Shown here piece after piece: positions 28,528-43,359 of a DNA stretch of 64,000 nt (positions are counted from its first letter, which is position 1; the number at the start of each line of letters is the position of its first letter). The notes under the pieces are model-generated. The model made no database searches, was not told the DNA's origin, and was given only the letters and a program-made list of their open reading frames with translations. Where the stretch lies: the NCBI RefSeq assembly GCF_009914755.1, contig NC_060926.1; one strand, written 5' to 3'. A program made the translations under genes and the position numbers. This DNA is from the human T2T-CHM13v2.0 reference genome, Homo sapiens.

Positions 28528-29518
28528 CTTACAATGGGAAATGTTTAGCTGATGGGAGTAAAATGCCCAGTGGAAGTGTCCTTTTTCTAATTTGCACTTG
28601 TCACTGGTTGGGCTGTTAGTGCTGCTGCCTTCTTTGACTAAGCGGAAAGAACTCTGCATGCTCACCCACTTCCATTCCCTTCTGTTGGCAGCCCTGCTTA
28701 CCTATGGCCTGAAGTAGGGTCCCTCCAACCCATCTCACTTTTTTTGTTCATGATAGGACTTTGCCTCTGCTGTGAACAGTTAGGCCTCAGCTCATACCTT
28801 CTCACAGTCCGATACATCCATGCATGTGCACCCACACCCACACTCACATCCACCTCTCCCAAAACACACAATAACATGGTGCCACTGCAGCTCCATGTGG
28901 CATGTAAATAAGGCAAGCCCCTGCCAGCTATGCTGTATGATTACAGTAAGAGGTTCAGACCGAATCCTCTGCCATGGGTTTTCCTTTGAGAAGTGCTCAG
29001 CATGCACCATCCATGCTGTTGGGTCCTCTCCTCTCTCTTCCGGATACCCTTGGACCATCTCAATCATCTGCACTCCTAAGATACAGGCACAGTCTGGGTT
29101 GCAGTGAAGGTTCTGAGCAGGGTAGTGGCATTTTCCCACTCCTTGAAAATTCTTCTCCATTCTTTAGTTTGACATCTCCTCTTTTAAAACCAGTAAGCCT
29201 CGGTATAAGGTTTTCTTATGGATGTGTAGAATAGACTCACATGGATATCTGATAAAAAAAGAAGAGTGTTTAGATTTATATTCATAAAAAGAAAACAATA
29301 GAATAGGTAAGACAAAAATCCCCCTACACTTCTGTAAAACAAAAAATAGAGGCTTAAAATCCATGTTGCTTATGAAGACACTGTGTTGACAGCGATGAAT
29401 ATACCCCACTCATTTGCTGAGCCCTGAGGTTACTTGAGGTCATGAAAAATCCACTGACACAGGTTGAATCAATTCTGCTAAAGGCCTTTTAGATTCAGGC
29501 TGATGGTTCCAGTAAAAG

Positions 29519-29520
<2 letters not shown>

Positions 29521-29549
<29 letters not shown>
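29521..29549. repeat. (AC)14 microsatellite
   Basis: Uninterrupted AC run. Confidence 0.98.
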
Positions 29550-30982
29550 ACAGAGGGTGAGAGAGTACTATAGAGGCATTGGACATGCTAATCCATTGAG
29601 TCCTTTAATGCAAAGGGACACTCTGTCTTCCCATTATTGTCAGCCATGGGCTGAAAAATATTGCATTTGACACATCTTTTATACAACCCTACTTAGCTAT
29701 GCATTTCTATGGCAACGATCAGTGTAGCACCCAGATCCTCATTAATCCTCTCAATGTCCCTATTTGGTAGGCAGCTGACAGCTAATATAGTCTCCATTCT
29801 GTAGATGGAGTGAAACTTTACTTTCATTTGTCAATATTGCTGGGAATGGAAGAACTGTTTAAAATATCTCTAAGCAGACATAGTCCTGTATTAAAAGTTT
29901 TGGCAAACACTTTCTTGCTATTATTTTCTATATTTCTCTCTCTATTTGAGGGGGACTTACCTGTACCTTCACCTTACCCACCTCCTGCTTTTAGAAGCCT
30001 CTGTTTCTTCAAAGTTAAACAGAGAATGGGAGTAGCATTACTCCCAATTTCCTGTGTTTGCAAATAAGTTAATGGAAGTCTTTCCTAGTGTCTCTCTATC
30101 TCCTGCCTGCTTCAGATAAAAATAACCCACTGCCAGGTTTGGGATCCACTTTCTGGTTCTGACAGGTTCTTCACATAAGCAGTTTATTTGCCAGCATCCA
30201 GCTGTTCCTTCAGCAATTTTGAAACATTTTATGTATTTAATTTTTAATCCTTACCTAATTCCATGGGTTAGCATTCAGTCAATAGAGACTGATATCACTC
30301 CAAGGGCTTACATAGTCTCTGGCTGGAATCAGGCACTTTGTCAGATGAGCGAAGAAAGGTGGTTGATTTGCTTTCTCTGAGGGTGAAGAGAGAGACACCT
30401 TTGGACACGTGAATGACATTGGGGGCTGCCTAGAATGCACAAAATGGTTTTAGAAAAAGAGAGAGCTTTGGAAGCCTAATTGATATGGGAGATCATTACC
30501 AGCTTGCTAGGTATGTGCATTAGTTCCAACTTCCACCCTAGTTATTTATTTATTGCTCTATTGAGGCAATGTCAATGTTGTTTCAAATGTGGGAAGCTTT
30601 AGTCAGCACAGAAGATCTGTTCATAAAGGACAGCCATTATTAAGAACCCATGTTCCTGGAATTAAACCATTGGCTTTAAGCAAACTGTATCCTTATAACA
30701 GTTGGATATGATAAAACATGATTAAAGGTATTGTATATGAGATTTTCTCACAATATATAAAAGTAAGATAAAGTCATTTCTTTTCTGCCTTCTCATCAAG
30801 TCCACCAGTCTGTTACCAGCATTAAGACGTGATAGAAATAATAATAGACTAGTGTAAGCAATTAAAATACCTGCCAGTGAGTTTAAATATGTGTCTGGCT
30901 CAGAGCCATAGAAAGAACTTCAAATTGGAAGATTATAATTACATCTTCCAGTGATTAAGAAAAAATATGTGCATAAAAATAC

Positions 30983-31718
30983 TGCCGTGGTTTGGTTACG
31001 CCACCCAAATTTCATGGGTTGGGAATTTAATCCCCAAATTCATATGTTGATTGGAAGTGGAGTTTTTGAGAAGTCATTAGTATTAGCTAAGGTTATCAGG
31101 GTGCAGACCCCATAATATGGTTTTGGTATTTCCCCACACAAATGTCCTGTTGAATTGTAGCTCCCATAATTCCCTCCTTTTGTGGGAGGGAGCCCATAGG
31201 AGGTAATTAAATCATGGGGCAGGTCTTTCCCTTGCTGTTCTCGTGATAGTGAATAAGTCTCATGAGATCTGATGGTTTTATAAAGGGGAGTTCCCCTACA
31301 CATGCTCTCTTGCCTGCTGTCATGTAAGACGTCCCTTTGCTCCTCCTTCATCTTCTGCCATGATTGTAAGGCCTCCCCAGCCATTTGCAACTGTGACTCC
31401 ATTAAACCTCTTTCCTTTATAAATTACCCAGTCTCTAGTATGTCTTTATTAGCAACATGAGAATGGACTAATACACCCCATAACAGGACTGGTGGTTTTA
31501 TAAGAAAAGAGAGACCTGAACTGACATACAGGCTTGCTCTGTCTTGCCATGTGATGCCTTGTGCCCTGTCATGATGCGGCATAAACTCCTCACCAGATGC
31601 CAGTGTCACGCTCTTGGACTTCTCACCCTCCAGAACCATGAACTAAAGAAATATCTACTCTTCACGTATTACCCAGTCTGTGTTATTCAGTTATAGCAAC
31701 ATAAAATGATCTTAGACA
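30983..31718 (+). mobile_element. MST-type (MSTC/D-like) MaLR LTR, host of a nested THE1
   Basis: TGCCGTGGTTTGG...CTTAGACA with TSD AATAC at 30978-30982 and 31719-31723. Confidence 0.88.
31113..31475 (+). mobile_element. THE1B-like MaLR solo LTR nested in MST
   Basis: 'taatatggttttgg..gaattgtagctcccataattccc..gtgaataagtctcatgagatctgatgg..ccattaaacctctttcc..ggactaataca'. TSD CCCCA at 31108-31112 and 31476-31480. Confidence 0.95.
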
Positions 31719-32501
31719 AATACATAAAATAAAATTATCCACATTAAAAAAGATACATTTTCTTCTTTATTAGAATTTTTGCATTTCTTTGTGAAACTCT
31801 TATCTTGCTTAGTCAAATTATAGCAGGGGAAAACAAGCAACCGTAAGTAATACCAAAAACAGAATTGAATGACAACTCCACACAAACAAGTTACAAGACT
31901 TCACATCTTCTATGCCCTGCCTCTTCCCTTAGCAGGGTTGCTTTTTTTTTTGGAAGTCCTTACACTCTCCCTTCTAGCCTCATCTCTTCCTCATTCTACC
32001 ATACAGGACTTATTCACAGCTGGTGTTTTTCCCTGTCTGTTCTTCCACTGTAAATGCCATACTTGGAGCTGCCTGTGCCTGCGGGCTTCTCACCCAATAG
32101 CTATTGAGGCTGCTCTTAGTGAGACAGGAGAGAGCCTTCTTTCCACCACAAACTTCTTTCTATAATAAACTGTGGCCTCAATCTTGGCATTGGATTGTAT
32201 TAGCTCTGAAAGAACTGAGAATAGTACCCACGAGCCACAGGATTTAAATCCTGGATTTCCCCACCCCACCTATGATCAATCAATGTCTCAAGATGGAGCT
32301 TCTATCTCCAGTAACTCAGGATAGGGTTCTTTACCCAGTTGAACTCTTCCCCCAGAGTCTGTGATATTCCCTTCTAGGTTTGAGGATTTTTATCCTACTA
32401 TACCTGACTCCTTTGTAAGTCTCAAATTTGCCCCATTATTTGCCAAAAATAAAAAACCAAAAAACCCTAATTGCTTCTCTAGCATTCGGAGTCCTGGCGG
32501 T

Positions 32502-32903
32502 TGTTATGGGCTGAATTGCATCCCCCTCCTTGTGTTTCATATGTTGAAGCCCTAACCCCCGCTCCCCCAGAATGTGGAGATGTGGTCTTTACAGAGGCAA
32601 TCAAGTTACAATGAGATCATTAGGGTGGGTCTTAATCCACTTTGACTAGTACCTTCACACAAAGGGGAAGTTTGGCATGGACTCCTATTGAGGAAGATAA
32701 TGTGAAGATGTAGGGAGAATGGTACCTACAAGCTTAGGAGAGAGGCCTGAAGCAGATTCTTCCCTCACAGCCCTTGAAGGAACCAATTCTGCCAACACCT
32801 TGATCTCAGACTTCCAGCCTCTAGAACCGTGAGACAGTAAATGTTTTGTTTAAGCCACCTGGTCTGTGGTACTTTGTTATGGTAACCCAAACTGTCTAAC
32901 ACA
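32502..32903 (+). mobile_element. MLT1B-like MaLR LTR
   Basis: 'tgttatgggctgaattgcatcccc..gaaggaaccaattctgccaacaccttgatctcagacttccagcctctagaaccgtgagaca..ctaacaca'. Confidence 0.9.
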
Positions 32904-33027
32904 GTGGGAAACTAGGACACACTAATTAGGATTGTTACTCTCTCATAATCTTTACACAAATTCAATATACACAGTTGGATGTAAGATAGTTTGGCTGTGT
33001 GTTTGCACAGTGATACAGGCTGATGGG

Positions 33028-33158
33028 TAGTGTGACTGTGTACAATAATCATACAAATCAGGACACTTTTGAGAGTGACAGGGGCTACAGTAGTAATTAT
33101 TCCGAATAAACAGATAATCTGGGGCTCTCCTAGGCAAACAGAAGGATTGGTCACTCAC
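33028..33158 (+). mobile_element. MER94-like hAT MITE
   Basis: 'caggacacttttgagagtgacagggg..taattattcc..ggcaaacagaaggattggtcac'. Confidence 0.7.
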
Positions 33159-33427
33159 TGTGGGGAGCTCATAACAATGAAACAAAAGACTTAATGGCCC
33201 TTTGTAGTATTCCACTTCCTTTAATTTATTTGTTGAAGAAACTAGGCCATTGGCCTTGTAGAATTTTTCACAACTAGATTCTTCTGATTTCATCCCTGCA
33301 TTGTATAAGTCTTTAAACCTTTCACTTCCTTGAAACTGCTGCTTAGGTTCCAGAAACTTTGTCAGATTCAGATTCAGAGATTCAGGTTCCTTTTTCTTTT
33401 CTTAAAAATATTTCATTGGTAATGCTA

Positions 33428-33773
<346 letters not shown>

Positions 33774-35011
33774 AAGCACAGGATGTTCTTCATGATGTTA
33801 AGTTGATCAGTGGGTTAATGGGTTAACAGCCTGATCTATCTTCCATAGAATTCTCATCAAACTTTCATCTAATGGTGTTTTCAGCTGCTGATGATTGCTA
33901 TATAGGTCTATTATTTGTACTTGAGTTTGCAAAATGATGTTCTGCCTATTCTTCCTCATTGATCGATTGGAATTCTTCTCCTCATATATTCTTTTACTCT
34001 GACGCACAGTCATATAGGAAAGGCAAGAAAAATTCTTGATTCTTTTACATTATGTGCCAATTTTCAGAATAGAGTGATAGCCTAACAACCTCCCTAGTTA
34101 ACTGGAGAGACTGTGTTCATTTACTTTCATTAAGATCTCATGGATTTTGGCACACCTGATGTGTTTCAATTCATCACATCACTGTTCTTTTTAATGCTCA
34201 GATTGCTCCAGCTTTGACCACTTGGAGCCCCTAGTGTTCCTGTGTGCATCTGAACCCAGAATTCTCTGATAGTCCCTTTTTCTTCAGTTACAACAAGATA
34301 TTCCAGACTCATCTTGTATATTTACTACCCCAAACCTAGAATCTGTCATTTTCCAAGGAGCATTGGTTCTTTTCATTGGGAATTACAGTCATGCAACGCA
34401 TGACAACATTTAAGTCAACCAGGAATTACCTATAAGTTTGTGGTCCCATAAGATTATAATGGAGCTGAAAAATTCCTATGGCCTAGTGATATCATAACCA
34501 TCATGCCATAATAGTGCAATGCATTACTCATGTGATTGTGGCGATGCTGGTGTAAACAAGCCTACTGTACTGCCAGTTATATAAAAGTCTAGCACATATA
34601 ATTATGCATAGCACATAATACTTGATAATGATAATAAACGGTTGTGTTACTGGCTTATGTTTTTACTCTACTATACTTTTTATTGTTATTTTAGAGTGTA
34701 TTCTTTCTACCTATACAATAAGGTTAACTATAAAACAGCCTGAAGTGGGTCCCTTAGGAGATATTCCAAAGGAAGGCATTACTATCATAGGAGATTTCCC
34801 CTGAAGACCTTCCAGTGGGACAAGATATGGAGATGGAAAACATTGATATTATTGATCCAGACCCTATGTAGGCCTAGGTTAATGTGTGCATTTTTGTCTT
34901 TGTTGTTAATAAAAAAGTTTGAAAAGTAAAAAAGTTTGAAAAGTAAAAAAAAAAAAATTAAAAATAGAAAAAACCTTATAGAATCAAGATATTAAAGAAA
35001 AAAGTATTTTG

Positions 35012-35324
35012 GGCCGGGCGCAGTGGCTCACACCTGTAATCTCAGCACTTTGGGAGGCTGAGGTGGGTGAATCACGAGGTCAGGAGATCCAGACCATCCT
35101 GACCAACATGGTGAAACCCCATCTCTACTAAAATACAAAAAATTAGCTGGGCATGGCGGCATGCGCCTGTAGTCCCAGCTACTTGGGAGGCTGAGGCAGG
35201 AGAATTGCTTGAACCAGAAGGTGGAGTTTGCAGTGAGCAGAGATAGCACCACTGCCCTTCAGCCTGGGCGACAGAGAAAGACTCCGTCACAAAACAAAAC
35301 AAAACAAACAAACGAAAAGAAAAT
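35012..35324 (+). mobile_element. Alu (AluSc-like) within Tigger3b
   Basis: 'atcacgaggtcaggagatccagaccatcctg' is diagnostic. TSD AAAAAAGTATTTTG. Confidence 0.97.
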
Positions 35325-35641
35325 AAAAAAGTATTTTGTATAATTGCACAGCATGTTTGTGTTTTAAGCTAAGTGTTATTACAAAAGTGTTCAAAAGCTA
35401 AAAAAAGATAAAATTTTGTAAGGTAAAAAAATTACACAAAGTGACAGCCAATTTATAATTGAAGAAAGTAAAATTGTTTTAAAATAAATTTAGCATAGCC
35501 TAAGTATACAGTATTTACAAAGTCCACAGTAGTGTGCAGTAATGTCCTAGGCCTTCACATTCACTCACCACTCACTCACTGCCTTACCCACAGCAACTTC
35601 TAGTACTGCTAGCTCCATTTATGGTAAGTACATATGATAAG

Positions 35642-37015
35642 TGAGAGGTGACAGTGTGCTGGCAGCCCTCGCTCACTCTCGGCACTTCCTCGGCCTTGGC
35701 GCCCACTCTGGCCATGCTTGAGGAGCCCTTCAGCCCGCCGCTGCACTGTGGGAGCCCCTTCCTTTGATGGCGAAGGCCCGAGTTGGCTCCCTCCGCTTGC
35801 GGGCAGGTGTGGAGAGAGAGGCACCAGCAGGAACCAGGGCTGCACGCTGCGCTTGTGGGCCAGCTGCAGTTCGGGGTAGGCACGGGCTTGGCAGGCCCTG
35901 CACTCGGAGCAGCCTGCCGGCCCTGCCGCCCCAAGCTGTGAGGGGCTTAGCATCTTCGCCAGCAGCTGCGGTGCTCTGGGATCCCCAGCAGTGCTGGCCC
36001 ACCGGCGCTGCACTCAATTTCTCACCGGGCCTTAGCTGCCTCCCCGCTGGGCAGGGCTCAGGACCTGCAGCCCACCATGCCTGAGTCCCCCACCCCGCGG
36101 CTACCCCGCCGTGGGCTCCTGCATGGCCTGAGCCTCCCCGAGGAGCGCCGCCCCCTGCTCCGCGGCACCCGGTCCCATCCACCGCCCAAGGGCTGAGGAG
36201 TGCGGGCCCACGGCGCGCGGGACTGGCAGGCAGCTCCACCTGCGGCCCCTGTGTGAGATCCACTGAGTGAAGCCAGCTGGGCTCCTGAGTCTGGTGGGGA
36301 CTTGGAGAACCTTTATGTCTAGCTAAGGGATTGCAAATACACCAATCGGCACCCTGTGTCTAGCTCAGGGTTTGTGAATGCACCAATCCACATTCTGTAT
36401 CTAGTCTGGTGGGGACTTGGAGAACATTTATGTCTAGCTCAGGTATTGTAAACACACCAATCAGCACCCTGTGTCTAGCTCAGAGTTTGTGAATGCACCA
36501 ATCCACACTCTGTATCTAGCTAATCTAGTGGGGAGGAGGAGAACTTTTGTGTCCACACTCTGTATCTAGCTAATGTAGTGGGGAGGTGGAGAACTTTTGT
36601 GTCTACCTCAGGGATTGTAAACGCACCAATCAGCACCCTGTCAAAACGGACCAATCAGCTCTCTGTAAAATGGACCAATCAGCAGGATGTGGGTGGGGCC
36701 AGATAAGAGAATAAAAGCAGGCTGCCCGAGTCAACAGTGCAACCCGGTCTGGTCCCGTTCAGCACTGTGGAAGCCTTGTTCTTTCGCTCTTTGCAATAAA
36801 TCTTGCTGCTCACTCTTTGGATGCACACTGCTTTTATGAGCTGTAACACTCACTGCGAAGGTCTGCAGCTTCACTCCTGAGCCAGCGAGACCAGGAACCC
36901 ACCAGAAGGAAAAACTCCGGACACACTGCTTTTAAGAACTGTGACACTCACTGCGAGGGTCTGCGGCTTCATTCGTGAAGTTAGTGAGACCAAGAACCCA
37001 CCAATTCCGGACACA
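35642..37015 (+). mobile_element. LTR12C (HERV9) solo LTR, ~1.37 kb
   Basis: TGAGAGGTGACAG...CCGGACACA with a 4-bp TSD TAAG (35638-35641, 37016-37019). It has a GC/CpG-rich U3 and tandem CCAAT-containing repeats. Confidence 0.97.
36330..36745 (+). promoter_or_regulatory. LTR12 enhancer/promoter: 7 CCAAT (NF-Y) boxes, GT-box, GATA and TATA-like AATAAAA
   Basis: CCAAT at 36342, 36383, 36457, 36498, 36626, 36651 and 36675. GGGTGGGG at 36691, AGATAA at 36701 and AATAAAA at 36710. The LTR poly(A) signal AATAAA is at 36795. Confidence 0.75.
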
Positions 37016-37989
37016 TAAGTACAAGTGTACCACTTTTTATCTTTTATACCATATTTTTATTATAACTTTTCTATGTTTATATTTAGATAGGCAAATACTT
37101 ATGTCACAAGTGCCTACAGTATTCAATACAGTGACATGCTGTACAGGTTTATAGCCTAGGAGCAATAGGCCATACCATCCATATATTCTAGATGTGTAAC
37201 AGGGTATACCTTCCAGGGTTGTGTAAGTAGACTCTGTGATATTTGCATGATGACAAAATCATGTAACAATGCATTCCTCAAAATGTATCACAGTTGTTAA
37301 AGACACATGACTGTACTATTTACAGACCACAATCTGAAAACTAGGTGTGCTCATATATACTGAATAAATCAATGCTCTGGCCCTTTTCAAGAAAAAAAAT
37401 TACATAATAAGATCATACTGATGCTTCCAATTCAAACTTAAGGGATACTATACATATTATTTTTTATTTTATGCTGAGAATTTTGATTCCTATTATCATT
37501 TACATAATTATTTATCCTATTACATGTAGTTTCAAAGTAGCAATACAACTGTATTTTTAAGATTTTTATTATTAGTTGAAATTTAACATATCAATAGTTT
37601 GTCTTCAAATCCATTTCAGTAATTTTGCTAGATGCTATTATACTCCTCTCTATGGTGATTGATCCAATTTATGTCTGCATCACAAAATATGAGTACTGTC
37701 TCCCTAGACTTTTAGATTTTTTTCAGTCTGATTGGTAAGAAATTCTTTATCAGTTTAGTATTTGAAAAAGTGTTCTCCTTTGTCAACTTACATATTTTAT
37801 TTCAGCTACTAGAAACATTATTCTGAAAAAAAGACCCGTAGGCTTCACCAAACTGACACAATGAAAGGATTAAAAATGAGCCCCTGGTTGACAGGGGCAT
37901 TGTGTGGGCATTTTTCACAGCACAATTCTACCAAGGAAATAATTGTGAGCAAGGACTCTTCCATGGCAGAGAGTCAATTTTGTTTTAAT

Positions 37990-39180
<1,191 letters not shown>

Positions 39181-40054
39181 CTTCTCTATCTCCTCATTCT
39201 CCTTGTTCCACTGCTTTATAATTTTGGGAATAAAATTAGCACATGTTCAATATACAATAATTCAGTCAATACAGAAAACAGAAAGAGTAAAAAATCATTT
39301 AAACTCGACATTCATGAATGAATTTATAACATGAATTGAACACCACTGTATTTGAATCTACACATATGCCCTACATGAATATCCAAAAATAGAATTAGTT
39401 ACATAATATATAGGTAGATAAAAATAATTCTATTGAAATGGAATATTTCTATTCATGCTGTATACTAAATTTTAAGGACCACATCTCTTTTTCATAATGG
39501 TAATGGAGGAAAGTGGAAACTGACATGAAACTAAAAACAGCAATGGGTTTCAGAAATATTTTTTGATCAGTAGAAATATTAATTCTTAAATGTTTTCTCT
39601 AAGATTAGAGAAGAAATTTAAAACAATATTTAGATGTTAGAATTATTTTTAAAAACAGATGATCACTTATCTAACTGCTATTTTAATGATGAAAAAATTA
39701 GCACTCTCATACATCTTCCTAACCTTTTTTTCTGGTTTTATTATTTGGCTTTTTAGTTAGACATATTGTGCTTTTTATGTCTCAAGGTTTATACCATTTT
39801 CCAACCATTCTGTATTACATGCAGTTGTTCAATTTTAAGTCTATTTTCAAATAGATTCAATCTGCTCATCCAGTTATCTTACTATATATCTTCTTCTAGG
39901 TTTCTTATTTTGATATATCCCTTGAGAGAATTTCATCATATTTTATAAAAAGGTACTAATTGAGAGACAATTGGCTGAGGTCTTTCATATTTGAGACTAT
40001 GCATTGGTTGCCTTTATTCTTGGAGATCTTGATCACTTACAATGAGATTGAGTC

Positions 40055-40395
40055 CTGTTAGTAGAGGCTAGGTTATATAACAGAAACAAACTACCCTCAA
40101 AATCTTAGTGTTTTACCACACCAAAAGTTTCATTCTGCTCTACACAGTCACTGAGAGAGAATGTCAGGAAACAGAGGGTTGTACCCGTTTTTTCCAGAAT
40201 ATATGGCCACCACATCTGCCAAGGCAGTGGAAGAGAGAAAGCAGATAATTAATAATCATTTTTAAGTGCCTGGGCTTTCCAGTGGCACAGGTTCCTTTGT
40301 ATCTTACTGTTTAGGCAGCACTTGTCACACAGCCTCAGCCTAACTGTAACAGAGGCTGGAAAACACATAGCAAGTTTGGAAGTAATTACTACCTA
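40055..40395 (-). mobile_element. Old MLT1 (J/L-like) LTR
   Basis: 'gctaggttatataacagaaacaaactaccctcaaaatcttagtg..aaaagtttcattctgctc'. Confidence 0.5.
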
Positions 40396-41149
40396 CATCT
40401 CTGGGTCGGTGTAAATATTGTGGTCATATAATGATACAAAGAAATCTCTAGCAATGATCTTATTTTTCCCCTGTAGTTTATTTGCTTATATTTTCCAGAT
40501 GTCGTAAAAGATTTTCCTTATTCTCAAAATTTAGGTCATAATTAGAAGAATTATCATGTAAGTAGTACTCATTTCTCCCCTAAAACAGAGAGTTTTCTGT
40601 TGTGTCAAACTCAGATTTTTCCTTTAGTTCAACAAAGTTTTATTTTGTTATACATTAGAACATTTTCTCCATTTCATATGTTAAGGGTTTATTTTAGCAG
40701 CTTTATTGAGATATTGTTGATATACAAAGAGCTGCAAATATTTCATGTGCAAAATATAATAATTCTGGACAGTATGTTGAATTTTTACAGCACAAACAAT
40801 CTTTTCCATATTGTCATTTATTTTCATTTTCCTCGATCTTTCTGTGTTTTTCTTTTGAAATTTCCATGATTATTTTATTTGTCTTCATCCTCAATAGATT
40901 TGATTTTTTGATATCTCTATTCTGTTTCTATCTGCTTATAAGTTATTTAATTAGCGGTATAAAAGTATTAGTATAAGTCATTTAAAACTCTCAATCCAAT
41001 TTTACTTTAATATCATTCTGTTGTTTAACCATGTCTCATTTGAGAAGTTTTCATGATATTATACTTTTATTCAAATCTTGAACATGAAAAACTCAAAGTG
41101 AAATTATCTTTTTATCTCTTAGTTTTCCAGATTTTTTATTTGTATTCTG

Positions 41150-41246
41150 CATGTTGTTTTCTTTCCTCTCCTTTCCCTTTTTCTCCCTTCTTTCCCTTCC
41201 TTCCCTCCCCTTCCTACCTTTCCTCTCTTCTCCCTTTCTTTTTTTG
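41150..41246. repeat. CT-rich low-complexity (polypyrimidine) tract
   Basis: Nearly pure C/T run. Confidence 0.85.
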
Positions 41247-41985
41247 TAGATTGTGAGCAAATTTGCCATGACATTTCTTTTCATCTCGATCATGCATTAA
41301 TGCAAGCTTCTCTGTTCAGACTTTCTATTTTCTCTAATTCAATACACGTGAGTTCATCCTTCTCCACATGGCTACGACTGCAGACTATTTGCTATTTTAT
41401 CCATTTTTTTTCTGAGGCCTAAGTTGTGAGGCTGCATGGAGTAGGCTTGTGAGGAGCCCAGAGAAGATTATGTATAGTTTTTGTTGGAAAACTGGGCCCT
41501 ATACTTCCTTCTGACATTTTATTAAGGATGTCAGAGCTTGCATTACCAAGTGGGATGTGTTCTTTATTTTTAAACATGGATGCTTATTGGCTATAGATAA
41601 TTCTCCCAATCCAATGATAACCCCTAGACGCTTTGCTTCCTTAAGTAGAGTCAGCCTTGTAGATGACAGCTCTTGTTTCACCAGCTCCCACTGGCAGCAT
41701 TTCCTATATCCCACATTAAGAAAATGAAAAAGAAGATGGTATTCTCTCAGGTCCTTAAGTAAACCTTAGACTGCTTTACTTCATTAAGAGATATTAGTCA
41801 CCATTTTCAAGTTCTGTTTCTCTTCTTAGCTGCCACTTTTGGAAATGTGCAACTGTGGTTGTCCTCCTTATTTGCTTGCTGCTGCGCAGGTTTTAAAATG
41901 TTGCTGTTGTCATTTTCACTAAGTCCTGGGGAGGGGATTCTGTGATCTGGATTCATCTCACCATCTTTACTCAGAAATCTTCAAA

Positions 41986-42178
41986 GATGTGTTTCTGAAA
42001 ATGTGAACCCAGAACAACGTGCAGCAGAATCTCCTGGGATGCTTAAACGTAATTTTTCCTGGCTTTCATCTGAGATAGGTATACTGAAACAGAATCTCTG
42101 TGAATGAGGTCTAGTTATATACATTTTAAATAGATTCCCCAGTACATGCTTGTCATACTAAAATTTGAAAATCCCTGG
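41986..42178. mobile_element. MER5A/B-like hAT MITE
   Basis: 'gcagcagaatctcctgggatgctt..actgaaacagaatctctg..attttaaatagattccccag..ctaaaatttgaaaatccctg'. Confidence 0.7.
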
Positions 42179-43359
42179 CTATAAAGTCCCATTAAAGCTC
42201 TACTCCTGTTTCCAATCCATGAAAGAGTCTAAAGGTAATATTTCTTTTGTATTAATTTTGGAAAGCAGCAAAACTGTATCTAAATAAGGTATTTGTAGCA
42301 AGAAATTCTATCTTTGTATTCAGGGATGCCCACAGTTCCATACATATCTGCTCAGACTATAGGACATATTCTTATTCTAGACAGCTCTTTAGATAAAAGA
42401 GAAGTATACATAAAGTGCTGATGTATGCATACCCAGAGGCCCTGTTAGTGTTAAATAATCATAATCTAAGTTAATGTCTGGATTTGTACATAGCAACAGT
42501 ATGCAATAATTAGTGCCTAGTTTTAAAGCTCTTTTGCCTGTAGGTTTGTTGAGAAATGAAGATGGGTTGTATCACGGTGAACCACAGGGAGTTCACAAAG
42601 AACAAAATGAAGTGTTTGCCTTTCAAGATATTTATTTCTATTTCAGAAAACTGTAATATTCTTCAGTATTTCATTTACAGAGCAAAAATCTTATAATCTG
42701 TATTTTCTCACAAAATGTGTCTGATTACATTGTTTATGTAGTTTTTGAAATCCTGTATTAAAATACTAAATATTTACACATAAAGCAAAGAAAGAAAATA
42801 CAAACGTCAGTTCTGTTCTGGTCAAAATTATGATGGAAGCAATAGCTGCAAAACTGGCCTTCACCTTCTTCCCCTCCATGGATGTTTATCCTCTACACTG
42901 CCACTAGGAACCCCTTTATAAAGACTACTTTCCTTACAGAATCTGGCCCTTTCTGTGCCTCATGTGATATATTTCCATGTACCACCTTTCTTAGAAATAT
43001 TAGAACATAAACCAAGTTTACTTAAGTGTCATTAATCTTTGGGTACAAATGAAGTTAATTTCTTTAAAAAGGCAAATGAAAATTGACATACAAATATTCT
43101 TACAGTAAAGTGGATTTTTAATGTATGTAGAAGTATAATATGTAATAAGATTATCAGATAGAATGGGTGAATGTAATTAGACTTGATGATGTTTTATGTA
43201 TAAATATTAATTCTAAGTACATAGTGATAACTCAAGAATGCATATTTTACTCCACAGAGAAATTTCTAAAAATTAATGAAAAGGGGTATAGCCAAAAAGC
43301 CAAGAAAATAAATAAAATGGAAGGCCACCACTACCACCACCACCACCAACAACATTTGA

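Larger units (their letters stand above)
34386..37313 (+). mobile_element. Tigger3b (Golem) non-autonomous TcMar-Tigger DNA transposon, carrying an Alu and an LTR12C
   Basis: TIRs CAGTCATG...CATGACTG are flanked by TA on both sides (34384-34385, 37314-37315). Internal 'ggtcccataagattataatggagctgaaaaattcctat'. Confidence 0.93.

Noticed and set aside
35584-36263. Overlapping 106-177 aa ORFs
   Set aside because: They lie in the GC-rich U3 of LTR12C, where stop codons are rare.
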